From Geobacter metallireducens GS-15 (lineage in GTDB: Bacteria > Desulfobacterota > Desulfuromonadia > Geobacterales > Geobacteraceae), in assembly GCF_000012925.1 (NCBI RefSeq), contig NC_007517.1, positions 2,550,001-2,582,000 of the forward strand: a DNA stretch of 32,000 bases, in the 5' to 3' direction. Each line of letters opens with the position of its first letter. Position 1 is the stretch's first letter. Below, in pieces: positions 9,034-18,176 of the stretch. Made by a program: the position numbers and the translations under genes. The notes under the pieces are model-generated. The model searched no databases. It had not been told where the DNA came from and saw nothing but the letters and a program-made list of their open reading frames with translations.

Positions 9034-9816
9034 TCAGAATTCACTTTGTCGATATCCCAACATGTCCGAAATTTCCATTGCTCCCTTGAGAACAAGCGGA
9101 ATCAATTCTTTTTCCATTCGGTCATCAGGAAATCGCGTGGATGGTCCGTACACGGTAATCGCGCCAATTGTCCTTGACGTGTAGTCCCGTATCGGGGCCG
9201 AAACCGATTTAACTCCAACTTCCTGTTCCTCCAACTCGAGGGCATACCCTTGCCGGTCAACTTCTTCCAGATGTCGCAGAAACAGTTTCGGATTGGTTAT
9301 AGTTGCCGTTGTGTAACGCTTGAACAAACAGCTAGAAACATAGTGCAACCGCTGCTCCTCTGTTAGACCGGCGATTAGTACCTTCCCGGCAGCCGTGCAG
9401 TGTGCAGGAATACTTATGCCAATAGGGGGAATTGCCCGCAAGTGGTTGTCTCCCACGACTGCATCCATGTTAACCGCATGAGAACCTTTGAGTATTGATA
9501 CACACAGGGTTTCGTTGCATTCCCTGACAAGTGCCTCCATGACCGACCTGGAATCTCCAAGTCGCCGCATTCGTCGCATCGCTACCTGCCCAAGTTCCAT
9601 ATTTTTTATACCGAGGCGATAGTTCTTTGTGCTTATGTTTTGTTCCAGATAATTGTGATGTTCGAGTGTTGCTATCAGTTTGTAAATTTTGTTTTTTGGG
9701 AGCTGTAACCTCCGACTCAAATCCATCACACACAGCTCGGACGAATTCCCGCGAAATTGTTCCAGGATATCGAGTGCATGCCTAACCGATTGAATTGTAT
9801 AATCTCTTGTCTTCAT
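9034..9816 (-). CDS. IclR-family transcriptional regulator
   Basis: 260 aa. N-terminal wHTH (SVRHALDILEQF...LCVMDLSRRLQLPKNKIYKLIATLE) and a C-terminal IclR effector-domain pattern (HCTAAGKVLIAGL, GYALELEEQEVGVKSVSAPI). Confidence 0.9.
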   Translation of the reverse strand: MKTRDYTIQSVRHALDILEQFRGNSSELCVMDLSRRLQLPKNKIYKLIATLEHHNYLEQNISTKNYRLGIKNMELGQVAMRRMRRLGDSRSVMEALVRECNETLCVSILKGSHAVNMDAVVGDNHLRAIPPIGISIPAHCTAAGKVLIAGLTEEQRLHYVSSCLFKRYTTATITNPKLFLRHLEEVDRQGYALELEEQEVGVKSVSAPIRDYTSRTIGAITVYGPSTRFPDDRMEKELIPLVLKGAMEISDMLGYRQSEF

Positions 9817-10007
9817 ATAACATTGCCTACAACATCTCTGTTAACTATATGCCAGAAACATTTTTAAAGCTATACTACAGGTGCACAGTTAATTAACCTA
9901 TACTACGCTTGTACATAGATTATTAATGTGTCAAAAAGCCAGTTAGCTACTTGCAATATTGTTACAAATTACCGTATTTGATATGAAAATATGCAGATAT
10001 GTCAGTA

Positions 10008-10181
10008 TCAACTGAAGGGCTTGTTATCTATAGTAAGATCCGAACTAAAGAGAATCTTCCGTATGAAATTGGTCATGTTGATGTTGTTCAGAACGGCTAG
10101 GTCCTGGATTTTCCTCTTCTCGTCTTCGGTAACCCGGATCGAAATTACGTCGTACTTGGCATTTTCACTATATTTTCCCAT
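10008..10181 (-). CDS. small ribbon-helix-helix (RHH) DNA-binding protein, 57 aa
   Basis: Track ORF 10008..10205 trimmed to ATG 10181 (GGGGTGA upstream): MGKYSENAKYDVISIRVTEDEKRKIQDLAVLNNINMTNFIRKIL... Shares the Y(N/D)VIS(F/I)RVT(D/E)(E/D)E core with the 2507..2689 product. Confidence 0.55.
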   Translation of the reverse strand: MGKYSENAKYDVISIRVTEDEKRKIQDLAVLNNINMTNFIRKILFSSDLTIDNKPFS

Positions 10182-10314
10182 GGTATCACCCCACTCATGG
10201 TGCATTCCGCTTAAGCACCAACGGTAGTCCTAGATTTGGCAGTTGGAGAAGTCCTGCGCTCATTCCGCTTCCCTGCAGACCACATTTCAACTGCCGTTTC
10301 TAGATTAGTTGTTT

Positions 10315-11190
10315 TCAATTCCTCGGCTTGTAGATCTTGAGGAGCGCTTTGGCCATGTCGGCGGGGCTCTGGGCTACACTGATGCCGCACTCTTCCAGAA
10401 TGGCCACCTTTTCCGTCGCCGTCCCCTTGCCGCCAGAGATGATGGCACCCGCATGACCCATCCGCTTACCCGGAGGAGCGGTGACCCCGGCAATGTACGC
10501 CGCCACCGGCTTGGTCATGTGCTCCTTGACGAACCGCGCCCCTTCTTCCTCGGAGTTACCCCCGATCTCGCCGATCATGATCACTGCCTCGGTGTCCGGG
10601 TCTTCCTCGAACATCCGGAGTACGTCCACGTGGTTGGTGCCGTTGACCGGGTCACCCCCGATGCCGACGCAGGTGGACTGCCCCAGCCCCACGTTGGTCA
10701 GCTGCCATACCGCTTCGTAGGTGAGGGTGCCACTGCGGGAGACAACCCCTACTTTCCCCGGCTTGTGGATGTACCCCGGCATGATCCCGATCTTGCACTG
10801 GCCGGGGGTGATGACCCCGGGGCAGTTGGGGCCAACGAGGCGGGTCTTCTTCCCCTGCATGTACTGCTTTACTTTCACCATGTCCAGGACCGGTATCCCT
10901 TCGGTGATGCAGATGACGAGGTCGAGTCCCGCGTCTACCGCCTCCATGATGGAGTCGGCAGCAAAAGGGGGTGGAACGTAGATGACGGAGGCGGTGGCCC
11001 CGGTCTTGGCTACCGCTTCCCGCACGGTGTCATAGACGGGGAAGCCGTCGATGACGGTGCCCCCTTTGCCGGGGGTGACACCCCCGACCATCTGGGTGCC
11101 GTACTCGCGGGCCCCGTTGGCGTGGAAGAGGCCGGTGGCACCGAGCCCCTGGGTGATGACTTTGGTGTCTTTATTGATAAGGATGCTCAT
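10315..11190 (-). CDS. sucD: succinyl-CoA synthetase (ADP-forming) alpha subunit
   Basis: Track ORF 10315..11394 trimmed to ATG 11190 (GGAGGG upstream). [20 protein letters not shown]..., SRSGTLTYE and MGHAGAII (phosphohistidine loop) match the canonical SucD pattern. Confidence 0.93.
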   Translation of the reverse strand: MSILINKDTKVITQGLGATGLFHANGAREYGTQMVGGVTPGKGGTVIDGFPVYDTVREAVAKTGATASVIYVPPPFAADSIMEAVDAGLDLVICITEGIPVLDMVKVKQYMQGKKTRLVGPNCPGVITPGQCKIGIMPGYIHKPGKVGVVSRSGTLTYEAVWQLTNVGLGQSTCVGIGGDPVNGTNHVDVLRMFEEDPDTEAVIMIGEIGGNSEEEGARFVKEHMTKPVAAYIAGVTAPPGKRMGHAGAIISGGKGTATEKVAILEECGISVAQSPADMAKALLKIYKPRN

Positions 11191-11204
11191 CTGTCTATCC
11201 CTCC

Positions 11205-12365
<1,161 letters not shown>

Positions 12366-12439
12366 CGTTAGCTCCAATCAATAAAATAGTAACTGCTCCG
12401 TTTACCAACTATCACACTCAAAAAACTTGTTTTTTAGAA

Positions 12440-13345
12440 TTACAGTTTCGCCGTCAGGGCGGGAACGAACTGGAGGATATCGGCGACCACGAGGACATCG
12501 GCCACCTCGCCGATGGGGGCGTCCTTGTCCTTGTTGATGGCGACGATGAAGTCGGATTTCTTCATCCCTGCCAGGTGCTGGATGGCACCGGAGACCCCGC
12601 AGGCGATGTACAGTTTCGGGCTTACCGTCTGTCCCGTGGTACCCACCTGGTGGCTGTGCTCTACCCACCCCGCGTCGACCACCGGCCGGCTCGCTCCCAG
12701 CTCCCCTCCCAGCGCCTTGGCCAGGGCGGCGATGACCTCGACGTTTTCTTTCTTGCCGATCCCCCGTCCCGCGGTGACGATGACTTCCGCCCGGGTGAGA
12801 TCCACGTCTTTGGCCTCCGCCGGCTCGTAACCGGCAAAGCTGACGTTGCTCGTTACGCTTGCGGTTATCTTCTGCACGCTGGGGGTCCCACCCGGCTGGA
12901 TGGCGGCAAAGGCACCAGCCTGGATGGTGATGACCGCTTTGCCAGTGGCAGGCTTGACGGTCCGCCGCATCTTGGCGTTGCAACACCCCACTTCGAAGCC
13001 GCCGTCGGTAAGGCCGATGACTTCCGATACCTGGGCGACTTTCAGTCGGGCCGCCACACGCGGCGCCAGGTCCCAGCCGTAGGAGGAGTGGATGAAGACG
13101 ACGTAGTCGGGGTTTTCTTTTTCTATGGCGTCGAGGATCAGCTGTTTGTGCAGGTCGGGGTTGTATTCCCCGCAGCTTGCCGCGTCGGCCAGGTAGAGGG
13201 TGCCACCATAGGCGGGAAGCTGGCTCTCGCTCCCCACCACCAGCATGGCGCTCTGGGCTTCCAGTTGCTGCGCAAAGCCGAGGAGTTCATAGGTACTATC
13301 GAGGAGTTTTCCCTCCCGGTATTCGCCAATCAGTAATGTTTTCAT
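12440..13345 (-). CDS. etfA: electron transfer flavoprotein alpha subunit (no ferredoxin domain)
   Basis: 301 aa. PKLYIACGVSGAIQHLAGM FAD motif. Confidence 0.9.
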   Translation of the reverse strand: MKTLLIGEYREGKLLDSTYELLGFAQQLEAQSAMLVVGSESQLPAYGGTLYLADAASCGEYNPDLHKQLILDAIEKENPDYVVFIHSSYGWDLAPRVAARLKVAQVSEVIGLTDGGFEVGCCNAKMRRTVKPATGKAVITIQAGAFAAIQPGGTPSVQKITASVTSNVSFAGYEPAEAKDVDLTRAEVIVTAGRGIGKKENVEVIAALAKALGGELGASRPVVDAGWVEHSHQVGTTGQTVSPKLYIACGVSGAIQHLAGMKKSDFIVAINKDKDAPIGEVADVLVVADILQFVPALTAKL

Positions 13346-13374
13346 ATGACCTCCAAAAATCTTTTAAAAGCATT

Positions 13375-13528
13375 ACCACAGAGGACACAGAGGGTTTTCA
13401 CGGAGGTACACGGAGAAAAGCACGAGCCTTACGTTTTGTGTTTTTCCTCGGTGTTCCTCCGTGTCCTTTAGGCCCTGTGGGTCTCTGTGGTTAAAGCTTT
13501 TCGCTGTTCCGTGGTTAAAGCTTTTCGC
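13375..13528. repeat. REP-like long imperfect palindrome plus 24-nt tandem duplication in the etfB-etfA spacer
   Basis: Left arm: ACCACAGAGGACACAGAGGG..CACGGAGGTACACGGAG. It pairs with the right arm CTCCGTGTCC..CCCTGTGGGTCTCTGTGGT (13375-13491). GTGGTTAAAGCTTTTCGC occurs twice (13487-13504, 13511-13528). Confidence 0.75.
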
Positions 13529-13530
13529 CG

Positions 13531-14307
13531 TTAACGTAAGACCGCGGTCTTTTCCTTGAGTATCCCCATGAGCTGGTCCACCAGGGCACCCACTTCCCCT
13601 TCCAGGACGATACCCCCTCCCTTTTTGGCGGGGGGGTGGAAGCTTACGGTGGCGGCCAGGGGTTCTTCCTTGAGGAGTTCCGCCACGGGGATGGCCTGGA
13701 TATCTTTCTTCTTCGCCTTCATGATGTTGGGGAGCGTCGGATACCGGGGAACGTTGAGCCCCAGCTGGCAGGTGACCAGGGCCGGGGTGGCAAGCTTGAC
13801 CACTCCCTTGATCCCCCCTTCCAGTTCCCGCTTGCCGGTGACAGAACCGTCGGCGTAGGCGAAGCCGACCAGGGTGGTGGCGCAGGCGTACCCCAGTTCT
13901 TCGGCGACGGTAACCCCCACCAGGGCGGAACCACGGTCCTGGGACTGCATCCCGGTGAAGATGAGGTCGTACCCTTTATCCTTGGCGTAGGCGGCGATGA
14001 TGGCGGCGATCTGCCACGGGTCTTTCATGGCGGCGGCGTTGTCCTGGATGTGGACACCCCGGTCGCACCCCATGGCCAGGGCCTTCTTGATCGCCTCCCC
14101 TACCCGGTCGGGACCGATGGAGAGGACGGTCAACTCACTCCCTTCGCCAAGTTGTTCCCGCAGCTGCACCGCCTGCTCCACGGCAAATTCGTCGTATTCG
14201 TTCATCCGCCAGGCAAGGTCGCTCTCGTCGTACCAGGTACCACCGGCCCCCGGCTTGAACCGTGACTCCATGTCCGGTACCTGTTTGATGCAGACCAGTA
14301 TCTTCAT
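13531..14307 (-). CDS. etfB: electron transfer flavoprotein beta subunit
   Basis: 258 aa, MKILVCIKQVPDMES N-terminus. Lacks the DGDTAQVGP-type segment (has GMQSQDRGSALVG). Confidence 0.9.
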   Translation of the reverse strand: MKILVCIKQVPDMESRFKPGAGGTWYDESDLAWRMNEYDEFAVEQAVQLREQLGEGSELTVLSIGPDRVGEAIKKALAMGCDRGVHIQDNAAAMKDPWQIAAIIAAYAKDKGYDLIFTGMQSQDRGSALVGVTVAEELGYACATTLVGFAYADGSVTGKRELEGGIKGVVKLATPALVTCQLGLNVPRYPTLPNIMKAKKKDIQAIPVAELLKEEPLAATVSFHPPAKKGGGIVLEGEVGALVDQLMGILKEKTAVLR

Positions 14308-14360
14308 ATATACCTCCAGTATTAACCTTTAATAGGACTTATGGGACTTATGGAACGAAC

Positions 14361-16346
14361 CTAGGCGCCCAGGCGCTCTACCACGATCTCCGCCAAGTCC
14401 TTCGCCACAAGACTTCCCTCGGCACCACCGGTCTTGATCCCATCCTCGAACATGGTGAGGCAGAAGGGGCAGTTGGAGACCAGCAGCGGTGCCTCGGTCT
14501 CCTGGGCCATGGCCACCCGCTTCTCGCTGATCTTGGTGCCGAGCTTTTCTTCGGCCAGGATACGTCCCCCACCCGCACCGCAGCAGAAGCTGTCGCCGCC
14601 GCTCTTCTCCATTTCCCGAAGCTGGCCTCCCGCTTGTTTGAGGATGCTCCGCGGCTCTTCGATGATGTCCATGTACCGCCCCACGTAGCAGGAGTCGTGG
14701 TAGGTAGCGACAAACGGTGCCGGCGTCAGGTTGAGCCGGTTGCTCTTGAGCAGACCGTGCAGATAGGTGCTGTAGTGTTCCACCGGAATATCGAGGCCGA
14801 GATCCTTGTAGTCCCTTCCCAGGGTGTTGAAGCAGTGGGGACAGGTGGTGACGATCTTTTTGACCCCGTACCCCTTGATGAGTTCGATGTTTTCCTGGGC
14901 CGTCATCTGGTAGAGGTATTCGTTCCCCAGTTTTCTCGCCGGCTCACCGCAGCACTTCTCTTCCTTGCCAAGTATCCCGACTTTTATCCCGGCGGCCTGG
15001 CAGATGGTGATGAAGCTTTTGGCGATCTCCCGGTTCCGTTTGTCGAAGGAGGCGTAGCAGCCGACGAAGTAGAGGATATCCACTTCCTCGCCACTCTCCA
15101 TGAGGGTAACCGGCAGATTGTCACTCCACTCCCCCCGGGCGGCGAAGGCAAGGCCGAAGGGGTTGCCGTTGACTTCGATGTTGCCGATGGCGGTCCGTAC
15201 TTCATCGCCGGGAAAGGCACCTTCCATGAGGGTGAGGTTTCTTCTCATCTCCAGGATCTTGTTGACGTGTTCGTTGTTGGCCGGGCAGATGTCCTGGCAG
15301 GCACGGCAGGTGGTGCAGGACCAGAGAACATCCTGGCCGACGGTGTCGCACAGGCTGGCTGCGGCATCGTTCTCGGCCACTTCCCCCACTTGCTGGATCA
15401 CTTTCATGGGGGAGAGGGGCTTGCCGGTGGCATAGGCCGGGCAGCGCTCCTGGCACCGCTTGCAGCTGGTGCAGGCATCGGCATCGAAGATGTCTTTCCA
15501 GGTGAGGTCGGTGACTTTGGCCGCCCCGAACTGTTCGATACTCTCGTCTTCCAGGTTGATGGTGCCGATCGTCCCCATGGGTTCCAGGGGGGCAAAGAAG
15601 GCGTTGAGGCTGGTGGTGAGGATATGGCGCAGTTTGCTGTAAGGAATGGCACAGAAGAAGCCGAGCACCAGGGCAAAGTGGAGCCACCAGAGGACCTTGT
15701 GGGTGGTCTTTATGGAGGCTTCGTCGAAGCTTACGAAGAGCTGGGCAACGACGTATCCCACGGGGGAGAATCGGGCCAGTCCCGGATTCTGGGTAAGCTC
15801 AGTGGCCGCCATCCGCGCCCCCTCGATGATGAAGCCGGTGATGAGGATGGCGAAGAGAAGCTGGTGGATGATGTAGTCGTCCTTAACAATCTCCAGTCCC
15901 TCGGGTTTTGTTATGAAGCGGCGGACAAAAAGACCGGCCAGCATGAGGATGGCAACCAGCCCCGCCAGGTCAAGCACCAGGGAAAACGCCTTGTAGAATT
16001 CCCCGGAGAGGAGGTTGACGTGCATGAGGGGGGTGAAAAAGTCTGCCTGGACCATCACCAGCAGGGTGCCGACGAACAGGGTGAGAAAGCCCCAGAAGAA
16101 GAGGGAATGGAACAGCCCCCCCTCCGTGACCCGGGAGACCTTCACCTGCCCCAGCACCTCACCCACCATCCGCTTCACCCGCTCGTCGTACCGGTCACAC
16201 CGGTCCAGGGGCCGACCGACCCTGTAGAGGGGCACCTGTTTCCAGAAGCCCCACACCAGCATTGCCACCGCCGCCAGGCTCAGGACATACATCGGTAATA
16301 CTACCCCGTGCCCGATGTTCCAGTATATTTCGCGCGTCGCTTCCAT
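14361..16346 (-). CDS. membrane-bound Fe-S oxidoreductase (multi-TM + 2x[4Fe-4S] + two CCG domains)
   Basis: Track ORF 14361..16364 (TTG). I prefer ATG 16346 (MEATREIYWN), but the start is uncertain. CTSCKRCQERCP, CTTCRACQDICP, KCCGEP, FCCGAGGG, CPHC, CPFC. Confidence 0.9.
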   Translation of the reverse strand: MEATREIYWNIGHGVVLPMYVLSLAAVAMLVWGFWKQVPLYRVGRPLDRCDRYDERVKRMVGEVLGQVKVSRVTEGGLFHSLFFWGFLTLFVGTLLVMVQADFFTPLMHVNLLSGEFYKAFSLVLDLAGLVAILMLAGLFVRRFITKPEGLEIVKDDYIIHQLLFAILITGFIIEGARMAATELTQNPGLARFSPVGYVVAQLFVSFDEASIKTTHKVLWWLHFALVLGFFCAIPYSKLRHILTTSLNAFFAPLEPMGTIGTINLEDESIEQFGAAKVTDLTWKDIFDADACTSCKRCQERCPAYATGKPLSPMKVIQQVGEVAENDAAASLCDTVGQDVLWSCTTCRACQDICPANNEHVNKILEMRRNLTLMEGAFPGDEVRTAIGNIEVNGNPFGLAFAARGEWSDNLPVTLMESGEEVDILYFVGCYASFDKRNREIAKSFITICQAAGIKVGILGKEEKCCGEPARKLGNEYLYQMTAQENIELIKGYGVKKIVTTCPHCFNTLGRDYKDLGLDIPVEHYSTYLHGLLKSNRLNLTPAPFVATYHDSCYVGRYMDIIEEPRSILKQAGGQLREMEKSGGDSFCCGAGGGRILAEEKLGTKISEKRVAMAQETEAPLLVSNCPFCLTMFEDGIKTGGAEGSLVAKDLAEIVVERLGA

Positions 16347-16360
16347 GGAGCAGTTCCCGA

Positions 16361-17329
16361 TCAACCCTCGTTTATCCGTTCGGTCAATTCGGGCAGGAAC
16401 TCCTGCAGGTCGGCAACAATCCCCACATCGGCAACCTGAAAAATCGGCGCCTTGGGATTTTTATTGATTGCCACGACAAAGGGGTTTCCCTTGATGCCGC
16501 CCAGATGCTGAAACGATCCACTGATCCCACAGGCAAGGTAGACCTTCGGTTTGACCGTCTGCCCGGAAGTACCGACCTGCCGCGATTTATCCATCCATTT
16601 TGCATCGACGATGGGGCGGCTGCAGCTGACAACTCCTCCCATTGCCTCAGCCAGTTCTTCGGCAATCTGAATACCCTCTTCATCACCTATACCGCGTCCT
16701 ATGGAGACAAGGATGTCTTCCTTGGTGATGTCGACATCACCCGCCACAGCTTCGATCAGTTCAACAAACTCCCTGCCGGTCGAGACTTCGGCGACATAAC
16801 TCGATTTATCGACAACTTCACCTATACTTGCCAAGGCCTCAACCGGAGCGAACGCCCCCGGCCGTATATTGATCACCGCGCCTTTATCCATCCTGCACAG
16901 AGAATGGGAGCTTACTTGGCCGCCATATTCCTGGCGAACAACTCTAAGATCGTTTCCGGATACTTCCAGCGCAAGCACATCCGCCACAAAAGTGGCATCG
17001 AGTTTTATGGAGAGACCGGGTGAAAGGTCCATGCCAAATGCATCATGGGGTACAAGCACGATTGCATCAGTGGGGAGAACGGCAAGAAGCGCCTTTCTGA
17101 GAACCTCTGCGTTGGGATAGGCAAAAGCAGAGTTGCCAAGCTTCCATACCTGCTTGTATGTTGATGCCGTCTGGCTGCAGGCCTGGTCCAGATCAGCACC
17201 GGAACCTGCCACCAGAGCTATCGGTTCGGCGGACGCATCAATATTCCTGGCCGCGGAGATCAATTCCAAAGCGGTATCATCTACCGCACCACCCTTATGC
17301 TTGATATAGGCAAAGATCTGAGCCGCCAT
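16361..17329 (-). CDS. etfA: electron transfer flavoprotein alpha subunit
   Basis: 322 aa. PKVYLACGISGSFQHLGGI FAD motif. Start overlaps the etfB stop (TAATG). Confidence 0.9.
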   Translation of the reverse strand: MAAQIFAYIKHKGGAVDDTALELISAARNIDASAEPIALVAGSGADLDQACSQTASTYKQVWKLGNSAFAYPNAEVLRKALLAVLPTDAIVLVPHDAFGMDLSPGLSIKLDATFVADVLALEVSGNDLRVVRQEYGGQVSSHSLCRMDKGAVINIRPGAFAPVEALASIGEVVDKSSYVAEVSTGREFVELIEAVAGDVDITKEDILVSIGRGIGDEEGIQIAEELAEAMGGVVSCSRPIVDAKWMDKSRQVGTSGQTVKPKVYLACGISGSFQHLGGIKGNPFVVAINKNPKAPIFQVADVGIVADLQEFLPELTERINEG

Positions 17330-18111
17330 TATTTGAGCCCTCCTTTGGCTTTGAGCATTTCGACCAGTTTATCGATTATTTCTTCGTTGCTCCCATCAAG
17401 CATCTCGGCACCGGCACCCAATTCGGGGACAAAATAGTCCTCCCTGCGTACACGAGGTTCAACTGCTGCCGTTGACAGCCCCAGCTCACCGGCCCCATGC
17501 ACCGGAATCTGCACCGATGCCACCTGGCGGATGCCGCGGATGCCTACATAGCGCGGCTCGTTTATGCCTGTCTGAATCGACAGCACGCACGGCAGCGATA
17601 TCCGGTTCATTTCGATATTTCCCCCATCAACTTCCCGTCCGACTTTCAGGGTCTTGTCATCGACGATCTCGATGCTGTTTACCAGTGAGGCGTAGGGGAA
17701 ATCAAGGAGGGCTGCCAGCATACCCCCGACTTCTCCTGCCCCGGCGTCGGCCTGAGCACCAGCGAGGATCAGGTCGTATTTCCCTTTTTCGATCTCGGCC
17801 TTCAGAATTGTGGCGAGCCCTCTTCCATCCGTTCCCGCGAATGATTCGTCTTGCAGGAGAATGCCTCGATCAGCGCCCATAGCCATCTCGCGACGCAACA
17901 CTTCCTCTGATTCCCCGTCACCGACAGTCACAACGGTCACGGAACCGCCCGAGCTTTCCTTTATCCTGATTGCCTCCTCGACCGCGTAGTTGTCCCATTC
18001 GTTGACCGAATAGACCAACGAATCCCTTTCGATGTCACTGCCGTCGGCATTGACTTCGATTTCGTTTTCAGCGGTATCAGGTACCCTCGTGACACAAACC
18101 AGAATTTCCAT
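17329..18111 (-). CDS. etfB: electron transfer flavoprotein beta subunit
   Basis: 260 aa, MEILVCVTRVPDTAEN N-terminus. Divergent from the other two EtfB copies. Confidence 0.9.
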   Translation of the reverse strand: MEILVCVTRVPDTAENEIEVNADGSDIERDSLVYSVNEWDNYAVEEAIRIKESSGGSVTVVTVGDGESEEVLRREMAMGADRGILLQDESFAGTDGRGLATILKAEIEKGKYDLILAGAQADAGAGEVGGMLAALLDFPYASLVNSIEIVDDKTLKVGREVDGGNIEMNRISLPCVLSIQTGINEPRYVGIRGIRQVASVQIPVHGAGELGLSTAAVEPRVRREDYFVPELGAGAEMLDGSNEEIIDKLVEMLKAKGGLK

Positions 18112-18176
18112 AGAGGCCTCCGTTAAAGATTATTTCCACGTCGTTGACGAGAGAACTCGTTCATTCTCTGTACGCT

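Noticed and set aside
13487-13528. Possible CRISPR or tandem-repeat array
   Set aside because: There are only two 18-nt repeat copies with a 6-nt spacer, embedded in a REP-like element, and no cas genes.
14361-17329. Possible compositional break between the two Etf modules at the etfA/Fe-S junction near 16350, suggesting a recent fusion
   Set aside because: Sampled 60-nt stretches on both sides were each about 55% GC. Third-position bias looks stronger to the left, but I cannot quantify it by hand.
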